Shown here: positions 10,178 through 18,816 of the stretch, one piece after another | Layout: every line of letters begins with the position of its first letter | How positions within the stretch are numbered: the stretch's first letter is position 1 | Assembly (NCBI GenBank): GCA_038128225.1 | Contig: JAYPJF010000001.1 | Span: 94,458-158,457 of the forward strand | Source: a bacterium | GTDB lineage: Bacteria; Patescibacteriota; Minisyncoccia; Phycocordibacterales; UBA2100 | Length of the DNA stretch: 64,000 bases | Reading direction: 5' to 3' | Made by a program: the position numbers and the translations under genes | The notes under the pieces: model-generated | Told to the model about the DNA's origin: nothing | Databases searched by the model: none | Seen by the model: only the letters and a program-made list of their open reading frames with translations

Positions 10178-10245
10178 GACCTCCTACTACTCTTGATGAT
10201 CTGTACAAACGATAACTAGAGGTAACAGAGACCGCAAGGTATAGT

Positions 10246-10689
10246 GTGCACATGGCTCTCGTGCAAAATAAAAAAGCCCACCTCGAGTATGAATTCCTCG
10301 ATAAAATTGAAGCGGGTATTGAACTTTTAGGAACTGAGGTTAAGTCTGTACGCGCGGGGCGCGGCAAACTCGAAGGCGGCAGAATCGTCGTACGAGGCGG
10401 CGAGGCATATGTGGTGGGTATCTCTATCCCCCCTTGGCAAGCAATCAACGCAGGTGAACACTACGACTCAGAACGACCGCGCCGATTATTACTTCATCGC
10501 AAAGAAATTGCAGATATCGCGGCGGCTGAAGGCGCGAAGGGGTTGACAATAGTACCGATTTCAATGTATAATCTTGGGCAGAAATTGAAGCTAGAAGTAG
10601 CAATCGCGCGCGGTAAGAAAAAACGTGATAAACGCCAAGATTTGAAAAAACGCGATGAAGAGCGCCGCATGCGGCGCAAAGAACTTTGA
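10246..10689 (+). CDS. smpB: SsrA-binding protein SmpB
   Basis: N-terminus KKAHLEYEFLDKIEAGIELLGTEVKSVRAGRGKLEGGRI is typical SmpB. 147 aa. Lies immediately upstream of the tmRNA. Confidence 0.85.
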   Translation: MHMALVQNKKAHLEYEFLDKIEAGIELLGTEVKSVRAGRGKLEGGRIVVRGGEAYVVGISIPPWQAINAGEHYDSERPRRLLLHRKEIADIAAAEGAKGLTIVPISMYNLGQKLKLEVAIARGKKKRDKRQDLKKRDEERRMRRKEL

Positions 10690-10823
10690 CAAACCGAACG
10701 AGTGTTTGAGGAAGAAACCTGGCCTGCAGGGAGGAGACGCTTAGGAGCGGCTCCTCCCCGCCCTCAAACACTTGTTACTTTGCGAGTCGTTCCCCGCCTC
10801 GAACCTTAGAGGGGTTCGAGGCG

Positions 10824-11211
10824 GGGGATGATTGGCTTCGACAAAGAGATACGGATCATACATATGCATGGCATAGCTGTGGTATCTATTCAAACTGCCA
10901 CAAACCAATAAGTGCAAACAAAACTGCACGTGGAATCTTGAGCCCAATTCAGGCAAAAGATCTCCAGTTCGCTTACGCATTAGCCTAAGCGACCGCTCGC
11001 CTATCGACATCCGATACATAGTTGCGAACGTCATACTTTCGGGTTCGACAACGCTTCAGTCTGGAAGCGACGTCTAAAGAAACATGACTCGAGTTTGTGC
11101 GATCTTGTGCATTCACAACGCGCAACCTCTAAACCTCTCTGAATGTACTACGCCTTGTAGATAGATGTGTGTTCCCTCTTTTGGACGGGGGTTCAATTCC
11201 CCCCATCTCCA
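10824..11211 (+). ncRNA. ssrA: tmRNA (ssrA), one-piece
   Basis: 5' end GGGGAUGAUUGGCUUCGAC. 3' tRNA-like end GGACGGGGGUUCAAUUCCCCCCAUCUCCA. Acceptor stem 7 bp with G3:U70. Internal tag frame ends ...AKDLQFAYALA then TAA (10986-10988). A terminator hairpin lies at 11228..11256. Located directly after smpB. Confidence 0.8.
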
Positions 11212-11227
11212 CATCAATAGACACGCT

Positions 11228-11256
11228 GGCCCAAAGTACTTCTTTGGGCCTTTCGT
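11228..11256 (+). terminator. Intrinsic terminator after ssrA
   Basis: GGCCCAAAG-tactt-CTTTGGGCC followed by TTTCGTG. Confidence 0.55.
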
Positions 11257-11324
11257 GCACAAACTGTTTGAGCGGATCCTAACACCTTATGAAGCGAATA
11301 AATCTGCGGGCAATTAGAACCTGG

Positions 11325-11756
11325 TTAACTAATAAATTTGTCCCCTTTTCGCCTTCCGACAATATAGGGAACCCCGATCGAAACGAGAGTCCAGACAGAT
11401 AGTAAACCTATTGTTGTATAGACTTCAGTATCGCTTGACTGTAGCATCAAATTAAAACCTTCCCACATAAATATTACATACACACTACTTGCGACATAAA
11501 AGAAGTACTCCTCGATAGGCAAGCCAAGAAACCTTACCCCTATTGTCTGAGAGTTGTTGAACTGCCATAACCACGTCCGGTCTTTCTTTCCGTGACGAGT
11601 AGCCCAAACGTCCCAAATACTTCCAATCAGCGTCACAAGTACTATGAACGGGGTGAGTGCCTGAAAAGAGATGCGGTCAGAAAGCAAAAACCCTGCACCT
11701 AGTGTCGGAATACAAAACACAAACAATAAACTCAGGAGATAGTGGTACTTTCTCAC
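11325..11756 (-). CDS. Small polytopic membrane protein, possibly lycopene-cyclase-domain-like
   Basis: 143 aa with 4-5 predicted transmembrane helices and a PIEEYFFY motif. The region is AT-rich compared with its neighbours. Confidence 0.35.
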   Translation of the reverse strand: MRKYHYLLSLLFVFCIPTLGAGFLLSDRISFQALTPFIVLVTLIGSIWDVWATRHGKKDRTWLWQFNNSQTIGVRFLGLPIEEYFFYVASSVYVIFMWEGFNLMLQSSDTEVYTTIGLLSVWTLVSIGVPYIVGRRKGDKFIS

Positions 11757-11800
11757 GAAAAAATTATAACAGGTTCTAACTTCTGGTTAGACTCACTAAA

Positions 11801-11832
11801 ACAAAAGCCCCTTGCGGGGCTTTTGTTTTTCC
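11801..11832 (-). terminator. Intrinsic terminator after the 11844..13202 gene
   Basis: AAAAGCCCC-ttgc-GGGGCTTTT followed by GTTTTT. Confidence 0.65.
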
Positions 11833-11843
11833 ACTTCTGGTAA

Positions 11844-13202
11844 CTATTCGACGATAACGGTAATGCTCTTGCTTGCCATTGGCTGCCCACCGGGCACGGT
11901 GCTGCCTGTTTTCACCTTTGCGGTGAAATGAATCTGATACGTTCCCGCAGTGACGAATGTGTACGTAATACTCGAGCCTACTTTTGAGGTAAGGATGCCT
12001 GTGCTCACCGTTGCCCCGCTTGTTTGCGAACCCCAGATTTCAATTGATTGTTCAAGAGTCCCTGTGCCACTCGCTGAGAACGACCACGTCCCGGATTGCC
12101 CTGCAGAAAGTTTCGTCGGACCAGATATATCGCCAATGGTCGGCTTGCTGACACAACTGCCCGTGTACACAACATTCGCGCGGGCCGCTTTTGCAGCACA
12201 TGTATTTGTATATGTTTTTGGTTCCTGCTGCATACAGAGCATTGTTGCAACGCCTGTACCCCCAGCGTTCGCACATCCAGGAGGAATCGCGCACACAGGT
12301 GCATAGTCTTGTGTACACACACCTGTTTGTGACGGTACTTGCTGCCCTCCATTTCCGCCATCGATACTCCCTGGTGACGCAGCGCCCGATGTATCAGAAG
12401 TTGAAGTTGCTGTAGGGCACATAAACGCACATGAAGGTGGTGTACGCCCGACCCAGCTGCCGTCTGAGCACTTCTTTACATCCTGCGTACACACGTCCTT
12501 GCCTGTGTTTGAGAATGTTCCCGTACAATACCCCTGCATATATACCGCACACGCTTTTGCGGTGCACACTGCTGCTCCACCAGATGTTTCGCGTGAGCAC
12601 GTATTACAACCATCGAACCACGCTTTACAAGTTGCACCCGGTACAAATGGGCGTGTGTCGTTAAACGAACTTGGGCTTATCGAATTTATACGGACAGTCG
12701 CTGTGGCATCTGTAGCTACGGTGCATCGTGTTGCTATTTTCGCGCGCGTTTGTTTCCCAACAACTCCATACCCGTTTGTACTTGGAGATCCGGAGCAGAT
12801 GCCGAGTTCTCGACATTGAAACTTTTTGACTGCAGTTTCCGTAGCTGGTCCAAATGTCCCAACAATAGTGGTGTTAAAATCTCCCGTACCCACTAAAAAA
12901 CGTTGTAGTTCAGAAACAGACGTGTCGGCTGTTGAATCTTGCCCACCACGTTTTATATCTCGAGCAATTTGCGGACACACGGTGTCTGTATGCGCTGCTG
13001 CTGTGTTTGATGTCATACGCGTGTCAACTGAAACACCTCCCGCCGCATTGATCTGCGCCTGTAGAGAATTGACGAGCGCCATAAGCGACGCGATGCTGTC
13101 CAACAAGTCAGTCTGAGTTTGTGCTCGTGCCGAAGAAACTGCAAAAAACATGCTCGCAATCATTACGCCGATCACGAGAAACTTTGATGTATAAACGCGC
13201 AT
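11844..13202 (-). CDS. Secreted protein: signal peptide, coiled coil, PG-binding-like domain, Cys-rich modules including a Kazal-like domain, and a C-terminal beta (PKD-like) domain
   Basis: The start is refined to MRVYTSKFLVIGVMIASMFFAVSSARA (signal peptide). Coiled coil LQAQINAAGG. PGBD-like motif VSELQRFLVGTGDFNTTIVGTFGPATETAVKKFQ. Kazal-like CTQDYAPVC...KTYTNTCAAKAARANVVYTGSC. The module CKAWFDGCNTCSR is shared with the 61168 gene. Confidence 0.7.
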   Translation of the reverse strand: MRVYTSKFLVIGVMIASMFFAVSSARAQTQTDLLDSIASLMALVNSLQAQINAAGGVSVDTRMTSNTAAAHTDTVCPQIARDIKRGGQDSTADTSVSELQRFLVGTGDFNTTIVGTFGPATETAVKKFQCRELGICSGSPSTNGYGVVGKQTRAKIATRCTVATDATATVRINSISPSSFNDTRPFVPGATCKAWFDGCNTCSRETSGGAAVCTAKACAVYMQGYCTGTFSNTGKDVCTQDVKKCSDGSWVGRTPPSCAFMCPTATSTSDTSGAASPGSIDGGNGGQQVPSQTGVCTQDYAPVCAIPPGCANAGGTGVATMLCMQQEPKTYTNTCAAKAARANVVYTGSCVSKPTIGDISGPTKLSAGQSGTWSFSASGTGTLEQSIEIWGSQTSGATVSTGILTSKVGSSITYTFVTAGTYQIHFTAKVKTGSTVPGGQPMASKSITVIVE

Positions 13203-13338
13203 AGTATGCATGCAATTAATAGCTAATACTTGCAGTATACCAAGATACTCTCCTTCAGGCGCTGGGCGCATGTGAATTTACTGAGTAGCAATTGACCAAG
13301 ATCATTACACTAAGCTACTATCTCAGCGGCTCGAACCC

Positions 13339-13728
13339 ATGGAGGAAAGAATGTGCGCGACCTTCGGTGACTTTGGATTTTTCGCGGGGCTACTCCATGG
13401 CTGGAGCGCGCCGTGGGTGTTGCTTCTCAGTGTTCTTTTCGATTTCATGACATACGAGCGCTGCCAGCAGAGCTGGTGGTACGACTTTGGATTTATCCTC
13501 GGAGTTTTATCCATCGGCTATCTTATCGCACGCTCGTGGTGGCTGCTGATGCTTAGTCCCCTGCTGTGGACCCTCAGTTCTGCTGTAGGTGCGGCTCCCC
13601 GTGCAGTTGTTTACGCATTTCTCGGCGCTGTGCTCGTCGGCATCTTTGGGCTAGTTGCCGGTTCTTTCTTCTTCGACTTCACCAAGTTGCATGGTGTCCC
13701 TAAGAAAAAGTTCCGCCGCCGTTCGTAG
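13339..13728 (+). CDS. Hypothetical small membrane protein (129 aa), Trp-rich
   Basis: 3-4 hydrophobic segments. A terminator lies directly downstream. Confidence 0.45.
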   Translation: MEERMCATFGDFGFFAGLLHGWSAPWVLLLSVLFDFMTYERCQQSWWYDFGFILGVLSIGYLIARSWWLLMLSPLLWTLSSAVGAAPRAVVYAFLGAVLVGIFGLVAGSFFFDFTKLHGVPKKKFRRRS

Positions 13729-13731
13729 AGT

Positions 13732-13764
13732 GAGCCCCGCATACGCGGGGCTCCTTGTTTTGTT
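13732..13764 (+). terminator. Intrinsic terminator
   Basis: GAGCCCCGC-atac-GCGGGGCTC followed by CTTGTTTTGTT. Confidence 0.65.
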
Positions 13765-13777
13765 CGCTCACGTTAAC

Positions 13778-14254
13778 TTAATACGAATATCCGTACGGAT
13801 AGGTGTAACTATACGGATACGCATAGTTGTAATTGTAGTTGTACGGGTAGTAATTTTGGTATGGGTAATATGTTTGGTTCGAATTGTAGCCTGGGTAGGT
13901 ATTCACACAGCCCGTCGTCGTATATGTCGTACAGGTATTGTACGGATAGGTGTAATTGTATGGGTATGTATAGTTTGTATTCGTGTACGGATAGTAATAA
14001 TTGTAGTTATAGTTGTACGGGTATGCGTAGGCGTTCGAATATGTGTAATTGTACTGCCCATACTGGCTACAATTTGGTGAGCCAAAGTTTGGCGTTGCTA
14101 CAACGCGATAGGTTACCTGCCCCGTGTATGGATCCCTACCCTGTACTTGATAATTGTATGTGTAGCAGTTGTTGACCGAATAATCATAGTCCGCAAATGC
14201 AAAGCCCGGAATAATCATCGCCACCGCAACCATAAATAAGGAGAGTTTTTTCAT
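13778..14254 (-). CDS. Secreted low-complexity Tyr/Asn/Thr/Pro-rich protein with YPYNYNY-type repeats
   Basis: Signal peptide MKKLSLFMVAVAMIIPGFAFA. Mature part is about 30 % Tyr, with repeated YPYNYNYNY / YTYPYNYTYPY units. The DNA carries the corresponding tandem repeats. Confidence 0.6.
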   Translation of the reverse strand: MKKLSLFMVAVAMIIPGFAFADYDYSVNNCYTYNYQVQGRDPYTGQVTYRVVATPNFGSPNCSQYGQYNYTYSNAYAYPYNYNYNYYYPYTNTNYTYPYNYTYPYNTCTTYTTTGCVNTYPGYNSNQTYYPYQNYYPYNYNYNYAYPYSYTYPYGYSY

Positions 14255-14382
14255 ATGTCTAATTATAACGCTTACATATCCTCGTCAATCTTTGCGTAAA
14301 CTCCTTTTTGTGTTGCTTTGCCGTGCGAAGGTGTGTACTGCGCACCTGCGTAGTCTAGAAGTCGCGTATAATAAATACTGTC

Positions 14383-15843
14383 ATGCTTAAGCAAATTATT
14401 GCAGCCGCATTTCTGCTTAGCGTGGGCGCTTTTTTGGTCACAATTACCACAGCAGCTGAATGTGCTGGCGAGTTCCGTAATCCGACAGAAGCGGAAATCG
14501 CTGCTGGCATCAGTACGTGTGTAAAAAAAGATGGAAGCGACCTTTTGGGTACGCTCAAACTCGAGGAGGCTGCGGAAGCAATGAAATATCTTGAGACAAA
14601 GGTGTGCTCCGGGTATGCAATTGGATACGACCCAGCAATTTCTCCAGCTGCACTTAAGGAGACACGTGTGTACTTTACTGCACAAGTAGTAAGTCCGACC
14701 GGTGGAATGTCACAAGTCTCGATTGACAGCAGGCTTGCGATCTGTGCAGCAAAATTTATACAAGCAGCCGACGAGCGTGGTCTACAGCCTTGTATCACTG
14801 CTGCGCTGAGAACTCCCGCACACCAAAAAGCAAGCTGCCTCGACCGCAGCAATGATACGGTATGTGGAAGACAGAATAACTGCACTTCGTTTAGTTATTG
14901 CCCGCACGTAAAAGGAATCGCGCTGGACATCACCTCACCAAATAAATCCGCATTAAATAGACTTGCGAAATCGTTTGGCTTAAAGATGGGGGTATCGACA
15001 AAAGACGGAGGTTTGGTTGATTTAGTTCATACACAGCCAGCATCTAATGACTGCTCCAATGGCGGTATATCTGACCGAGGATACTTGGGTTCAGGTAGCG
15101 GAGGAGGAGGACGAACCAGTGAATTACTCAGCGGGCTCGCAGGATGGCTCGGCCTAAGTGGCAAATCGCAAGAGTGCCAGCAGCTTGAGCAACAGTGCAG
15201 GACGTACCAGGGTCAGGCATGTATGACGTACGCACAAAGATGCCAAGCGGGCGACACCACCACAGCAGCAACCCCCCCGCCCAGTTCTCCCATGGTAGGC
15301 GCACCTCCTAAATCAAACACCACCGGTAGTGACAGCGGAACGAGAGTTGAAGAATTAAATGCACCAGAAGATAAAGGAAAAGACACTTCCTCTGGTGACA
15401 CGATTGAACCATCAAAAGAGTCAAAAGAATCAGATGAAAAGGATGAGGAAAAAAAACCCGTTACCGTACTCACTCCTTCATCAAGTACAATTGAAGACCT
15501 AAAAGAGATAGCCGTCCCAAAACCCACAGAAACACAAACCGCACCCTCGGGATCGAATAGTAGTTTGAGTGAAGAAGACATCGCACGCCTTGCTGCTGAA
15601 AAAACCACGATAACACCTTCGCTGCCCATCGACTCTGTTGCGCTCACGCCACAAGTTCCTGTCGGAACAACAGGGTCAGTAGACACCACATTCTCCGAAA
15701 CACCCGCTCCGTTTGTTGCCCCCACCACGCTTTCGGGCTACCAAGTCGTACTGTCGCAGATGCGCCAAACACTTGAGTGGATGCTCGCTTTTGTAACCCC
15801 AATGGGTTATACCCGTTCCGCCTGGGAAGAAAGTGTCGAATAG
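14383..15843 (+). CDS. Secreted protein with a peptidase M15 (VanY/LAS)-like zinc-binding motif and a long low-complexity Gly/Ser/Thr/Glu/Lys-rich C-terminal region
   Basis: Signal peptide. SYCPHVKGIALDI matches the M15/LAS HxxGxAxD zinc motif. A near-leaderless TATAAT lies 10 nt before the ATG. Confidence 0.45.
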   Translation: MLKQIIAAAFLLSVGAFLVTITTAAECAGEFRNPTEAEIAAGISTCVKKDGSDLLGTLKLEEAAEAMKYLETKVCSGYAIGYDPAISPAALKETRVYFTAQVVSPTGGMSQVSIDSRLAICAAKFIQAADERGLQPCITAALRTPAHQKASCLDRSNDTVCGRQNNCTSFSYCPHVKGIALDITSPNKSALNRLAKSFGLKMGVSTKDGGLVDLVHTQPASNDCSNGGISDRGYLGSGSGGGGRTSELLSGLAGWLGLSGKSQECQQLEQQCRTYQGQACMTYAQRCQAGDTTTAATPPPSSPMVGAPPKSNTTGSDSGTRVEELNAPEDKGKDTSSGDTIEPSKESKESDEKDEEKKPVTVLTPSSSTIEDLKEIAVPKPTETQTAPSGSNSSLSEEDIARLAAEKTTITPSLPIDSVALTPQVPVGTTGSVDTTFSETPAPFVAPTTLSGYQVVLSQMRQTLEWMLAFVTPMGYTRSAWEESVE

Positions 15844-15867
15844 GTAACTTTTTGCTACCATACCACC

Positions 15868-16923
15868 ATGAACGTATTCTCCCGCGTGCAATTGTATGTG
15901 TTTTTTGGTGCGCTCCTCAGTATTTCAGTTTTCTTTTTCTGGATCATTCGCGACTTCATCGCACCGGTCGCGTGGGCAGTGGTTTTGGCGCTTTTGTTTT
16001 ATCCACTTTTTCTTTCGATTAAACACCGTCTTCGGGGCCGTCAAAACCTTGCCGCACTTGTTACCATCCTGATTGCGATTGTGCTCGTATTTCTACCTCT
16101 CCTTTTCCTCGGAGGAGTGCTTGTGCACGAAAGCACTATTTTTTATCGACATGTACTTGATAACGATGAGCTTATTTATGAGCGCTTAAGCTCGAGTTCG
16201 CCGTACATCGAAAATATCTTGGACCTCATCGGTATATCTACCGAAGAGCTGTATAGCACTATCGCAGACAGCGCTCGTTCGGTAAGTTCATGGATCGCAT
16301 CGCAGGTATTTTCTCTCGGGACAAAAACCGTGTCCTTGTTCGCAGGTGCACTCGTTATGCTCTATATACTCTTTTTCCTATTACGCGACGGTCCGGTTAT
16401 CGGAGCAAAAATCATGCGCATGATTCCGCTTGGAGATCCTATGGAAATCTTCTTGTTTGAGCGCTTTAATGCCACCGTGCGCGCCACCGTAAAAGGGTCA
16501 CTCGTGGTTGCAATAGCACAGGGCGCGACCGGAGCGTTGCTTTTGTGGCTTGGCGATATTCCAAGTCCTGTTTTTTGGGGCGTAGTGATGGCCCTGTTCT
16601 CTCTCCTTCCCGTGATCGGTCCTGCAATCGTGTGGGTGCCTGCGGGTATCGCCGCCTACTTCATGGGAAACTTAGTCGGAGCAGCGATTATCTTGATCGG
16701 AGGATTCCTTATCGTGAGCAATGTCGACAACTACCTACGTGCAACACTTGTGGGGCACGAAACTAATATGCCGGATGCGTTTGTGCTCGTTTCGGTACTT
16801 GGAGGTATCGCAACCTTTGGTATTTCTGGAGTAATTTTTGGACCGGTCGCTGCCGCGCTTTTTCTTGCAATGTGGGAGTTGTTTGAACACAAGTTTCGTA
16901 GTGAGCTCATTGATCGAGGATAG
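15868..16923 (+). CDS. AI-2E family (UPF0118/PerM-like) transporter
   Basis: 351 aa, about 8 transmembrane helices, with the Gly-rich C-terminal helices typical of the family. Confidence 0.5.
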   Translation: MNVFSRVQLYVFFGALLSISVFFFWIIRDFIAPVAWAVVLALLFYPLFLSIKHRLRGRQNLAALVTILIAIVLVFLPLLFLGGVLVHESTIFYRHVLDNDELIYERLSSSSPYIENILDLIGISTEELYSTIADSARSVSSWIASQVFSLGTKTVSLFAGALVMLYILFFLLRDGPVIGAKIMRMIPLGDPMEIFLFERFNATVRATVKGSLVVAIAQGATGALLLWLGDIPSPVFWGVVMALFSLLPVIGPAIVWVPAGIAAYFMGNLVGAAIILIGGFLIVSNVDNYLRATLVGHETNMPDAFVLVSVLGGIATFGISGVIFGPVAAALFLAMWELFEHKFRSELIDRG

Positions 16924-16988
16924 TTTTCATTTGCGAAAAACTATGGTACAGTCTGTGAGCGCGCGATGCGCGCTTTTCATTAAAGAAC

Positions 16989-17624
16989 ATGGGGTTTACG
17001 AAATATACAACTGCGAAAGAAAAAGAGCACATCCGTATCAACGAGAGTATTTCGGCTCGAGAACTCCGCGTAGTCGGGCCTGAAGGCGAAAACTTTGGGA
17101 TTCTCTCACTACGCGAAGCGCTCACCAAGGCGCATGGAATGGCGCTTGACCTTGTAGAGATATCCCCCGGCGCAAACCCTCCAGTCGCAAAAATTGTCGA
17201 CTTTGGCAAATACAAGTACGAAATGAAAAAAAAGGCGCGAGAAGTAAAAGCGAAATCTCACGTAACAGAAACTAAAGAAGTGCAAGTCAAGATCGGCACG
17301 AGCGAGAACGACATGCGCATTAAGGCGACAAAAGCTGCTAGCTGGATCCAGGAAGGCCACCGCGTCAAAGTCGATCTTTTTTTGTGGGGTCGCTACAAAT
17401 ACATGGAGTTCAACTTCCTCAAAGAGCGTTTGGAGCGCTTCCTTGCAATTATCCCAGAATCATTTAAAATCGCCGAGGAAATCGGCAATAGTCCGAAAGG
17501 ACTTTCGGTCGTTATCGACCGTGATAAATCAGGCAAACGGTGGCAACCAAGCACCCCGCTTAAACAGCTTAAAAAGGAGTCTTTTGAGACGGAGCCGCCT
17601 GCAGTGCAAGAAAGTGATGCGTAG
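16989..17624 (+). CDS. infC: Translation initiation factor IF-3
   Basis: N-terminus INESISARELRVVGPEGENFGIL; C-domain KEVQVKIGTSENDMRIKATKA. Sits upstream of rpmI-rplT. Carries a C-terminal extension. Confidence 0.85.
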   Translation: MGFTKYTTAKEKEHIRINESISARELRVVGPEGENFGILSLREALTKAHGMALDLVEISPGANPPVAKIVDFGKYKYEMKKKAREVKAKSHVTETKEVQVKIGTSENDMRIKATKAASWIQEGHRVKVDLFLWGRYKYMEFNFLKERLERFLAIIPESFKIAEEIGNSPKGLSVVIDRDKSGKRWQPSTPLKQLKKESFETEPPAVQESDA

Positions 17625-17638
17625 TCGATTTCTCCTAC

Positions 17639-17827
17639 ATGAAAACCAACAAATCTTATACTAAGCGAATTCGTGTCACGCGCCGCGGTAAACTCATCGT
17701 ACGAGTGCCAGGCCAAGACCATTTCAATGCAAAAGAATCAGGTGCAAAGCATTTGCGCCGCAAACGTGCGGTAAAATCGAAACTTCCCTTTTCGGTAAAA
17801 ACGCGTACTCGATTCATAAACAAATAA
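17639..17827 (+). CDS. rpmI: 50S ribosomal protein L35
   Basis: 62 aa, basic. Occupies the infC-rpmI-rplT operon position. Confidence 0.7.
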   Translation: MKTNKSYTKRIRVTRRGKLIVRVPGQDHFNAKESGAKHLRRKRAVKSKLPFSVKTRTRFINK

Positions 17828-17831
17828 GCCT

Positions 17832-18176
17832 ATGACACGTGTAAAACGAGGAGTAATGAAAATGAAGCGCCGTCGCAATGTTTTGAAACGAACGAAAGGT
17901 TTTCGTTTCGCGCGCTCAAAAAAGGAAGCGGCTGCAAAAGAAGCAATCGCTCACGCGGGCAATTATGCATTTCGTGATCGCCGAACCAAAAAGCGCATTA
18001 ATCGAGCTCTTTGGAACGTGCGCATCAATGCCGCAGTACGTCCTCACGGCATGTCGTACAGTACATTCATACATGCACTTAAGAAGAAAGGCGTCTCTCT
18101 TGACCGTAAAGTACTCTCCCATCTTGCCGCTGAACATCCGCAGGTTTTTGAACGCATATTAAAAAACCTCGCGTAG
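17832..18176 (+). CDS. rplT: 50S ribosomal protein L20
   Basis: MTRVKRGV...YAFRDRRTKKR...LWNVRINAA is a clear L20 match. Confidence 0.9.
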   Translation: MTRVKRGVMKMKRRRNVLKRTKGFRFARSKKEAAAKEAIAHAGNYAFRDRRTKKRINRALWNVRINAAVRPHGMSYSTFIHALKKKGVSLDRKVLSHLAAEHPQVFERILKNLA

Positions 18177-18195
18177 GTACTCCCTACAATACTGA

Positions 18196-18230
18196 AACAG
18201 GCGCCTTAAGGCGCCTGTTTACATTTCATC
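18196..18230. terminator. Bidirectional intrinsic terminator between rplT (+) and the 18226 gene (-)
   Basis: AAACAGGCGCC-ttaa-GGCGCCTGTTT hairpin. Confidence 0.6.
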
Positions 18231-18738
18231 GAATCAGGTCACGAAGATCTTGGATGGGCATTGTATGCCACGCTTCAAGAAAATAACCCTGCGTGATCCC
18301 GAGCTCTTCTATGCGCTTATGTTCCCACGATGCGCCATTCGAAGTGCGCCACCCGCGCGCTCCTTCAAGAAACCACGCTCGGGCAATGTGTCCAGAACTG
18401 AAAACAGGGTCATAAAACTCAGTGAGGATTGGGTGGCAGTATGATTCGTTAGGGTATTTCTGCCTCCACCCATATTCCAGATCGGCAAGCCCTGCCTCAT
18501 ACGGTATCTGGCTCCACATGGGTCTCGCTGCAGCTTTGAGAACCTCGATTGCATGATTGAAGATTAGTAGATTCGCAACCGAGTTTCCAAAGCCGCCCGT
18601 TGAAATCGGGCCGCATACAATCTCAGCACAACCACCCATGCTTTCAAGTTCACTAAGCGCAAGTTGTGCAAGATCAGTAAAAGTTGGACCTCGGCGCGCA
18701 ACACACTCGATAAAGAACGGGACGTCTGCTTTTCGCAT
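18226..18738 (-). CDS. Hypothetical protein (170 aa)
   Basis: The start is refined to the Met that has an AAGGAG Shine-Dalgarno 8 nt upstream. No confident family assignment. Confidence 0.45.
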   Translation of the reverse strand: MRKADVPFFIECVARRGPTFTDLAQLALSELESMGGCAEIVCGPISTGGFGNSVANLLIFNHAIEVLKAAARPMWSQIPYEAGLADLEYGWRQKYPNESYCHPILTEFYDPVFSSGHIARAWFLEGARGWRTSNGASWEHKRIEELGITQGYFLEAWHTMPIQDLRDLIR

Positions 18739-18816
18739 TTCGCTCTCCTTTTTCAAGAATACCGAGCATTCTTGCCGGGGCAAACTATACCAAAAGATCC
18801 ACGCAATGCTACTGCT

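Noticed and set aside
10741-11034. 97-aa minus-strand ORF
   Set aside because: Lies inside the tmRNA gene.
13655-14080. 141-aa plus-strand ORF rich in Ile/Val/Arg
   Set aside because: Antisense reading of the tandem-repeat Tyr/Asn-rich gene. The low complexity mirrors that gene, and the minus-strand gene has a signal peptide and a terminator.
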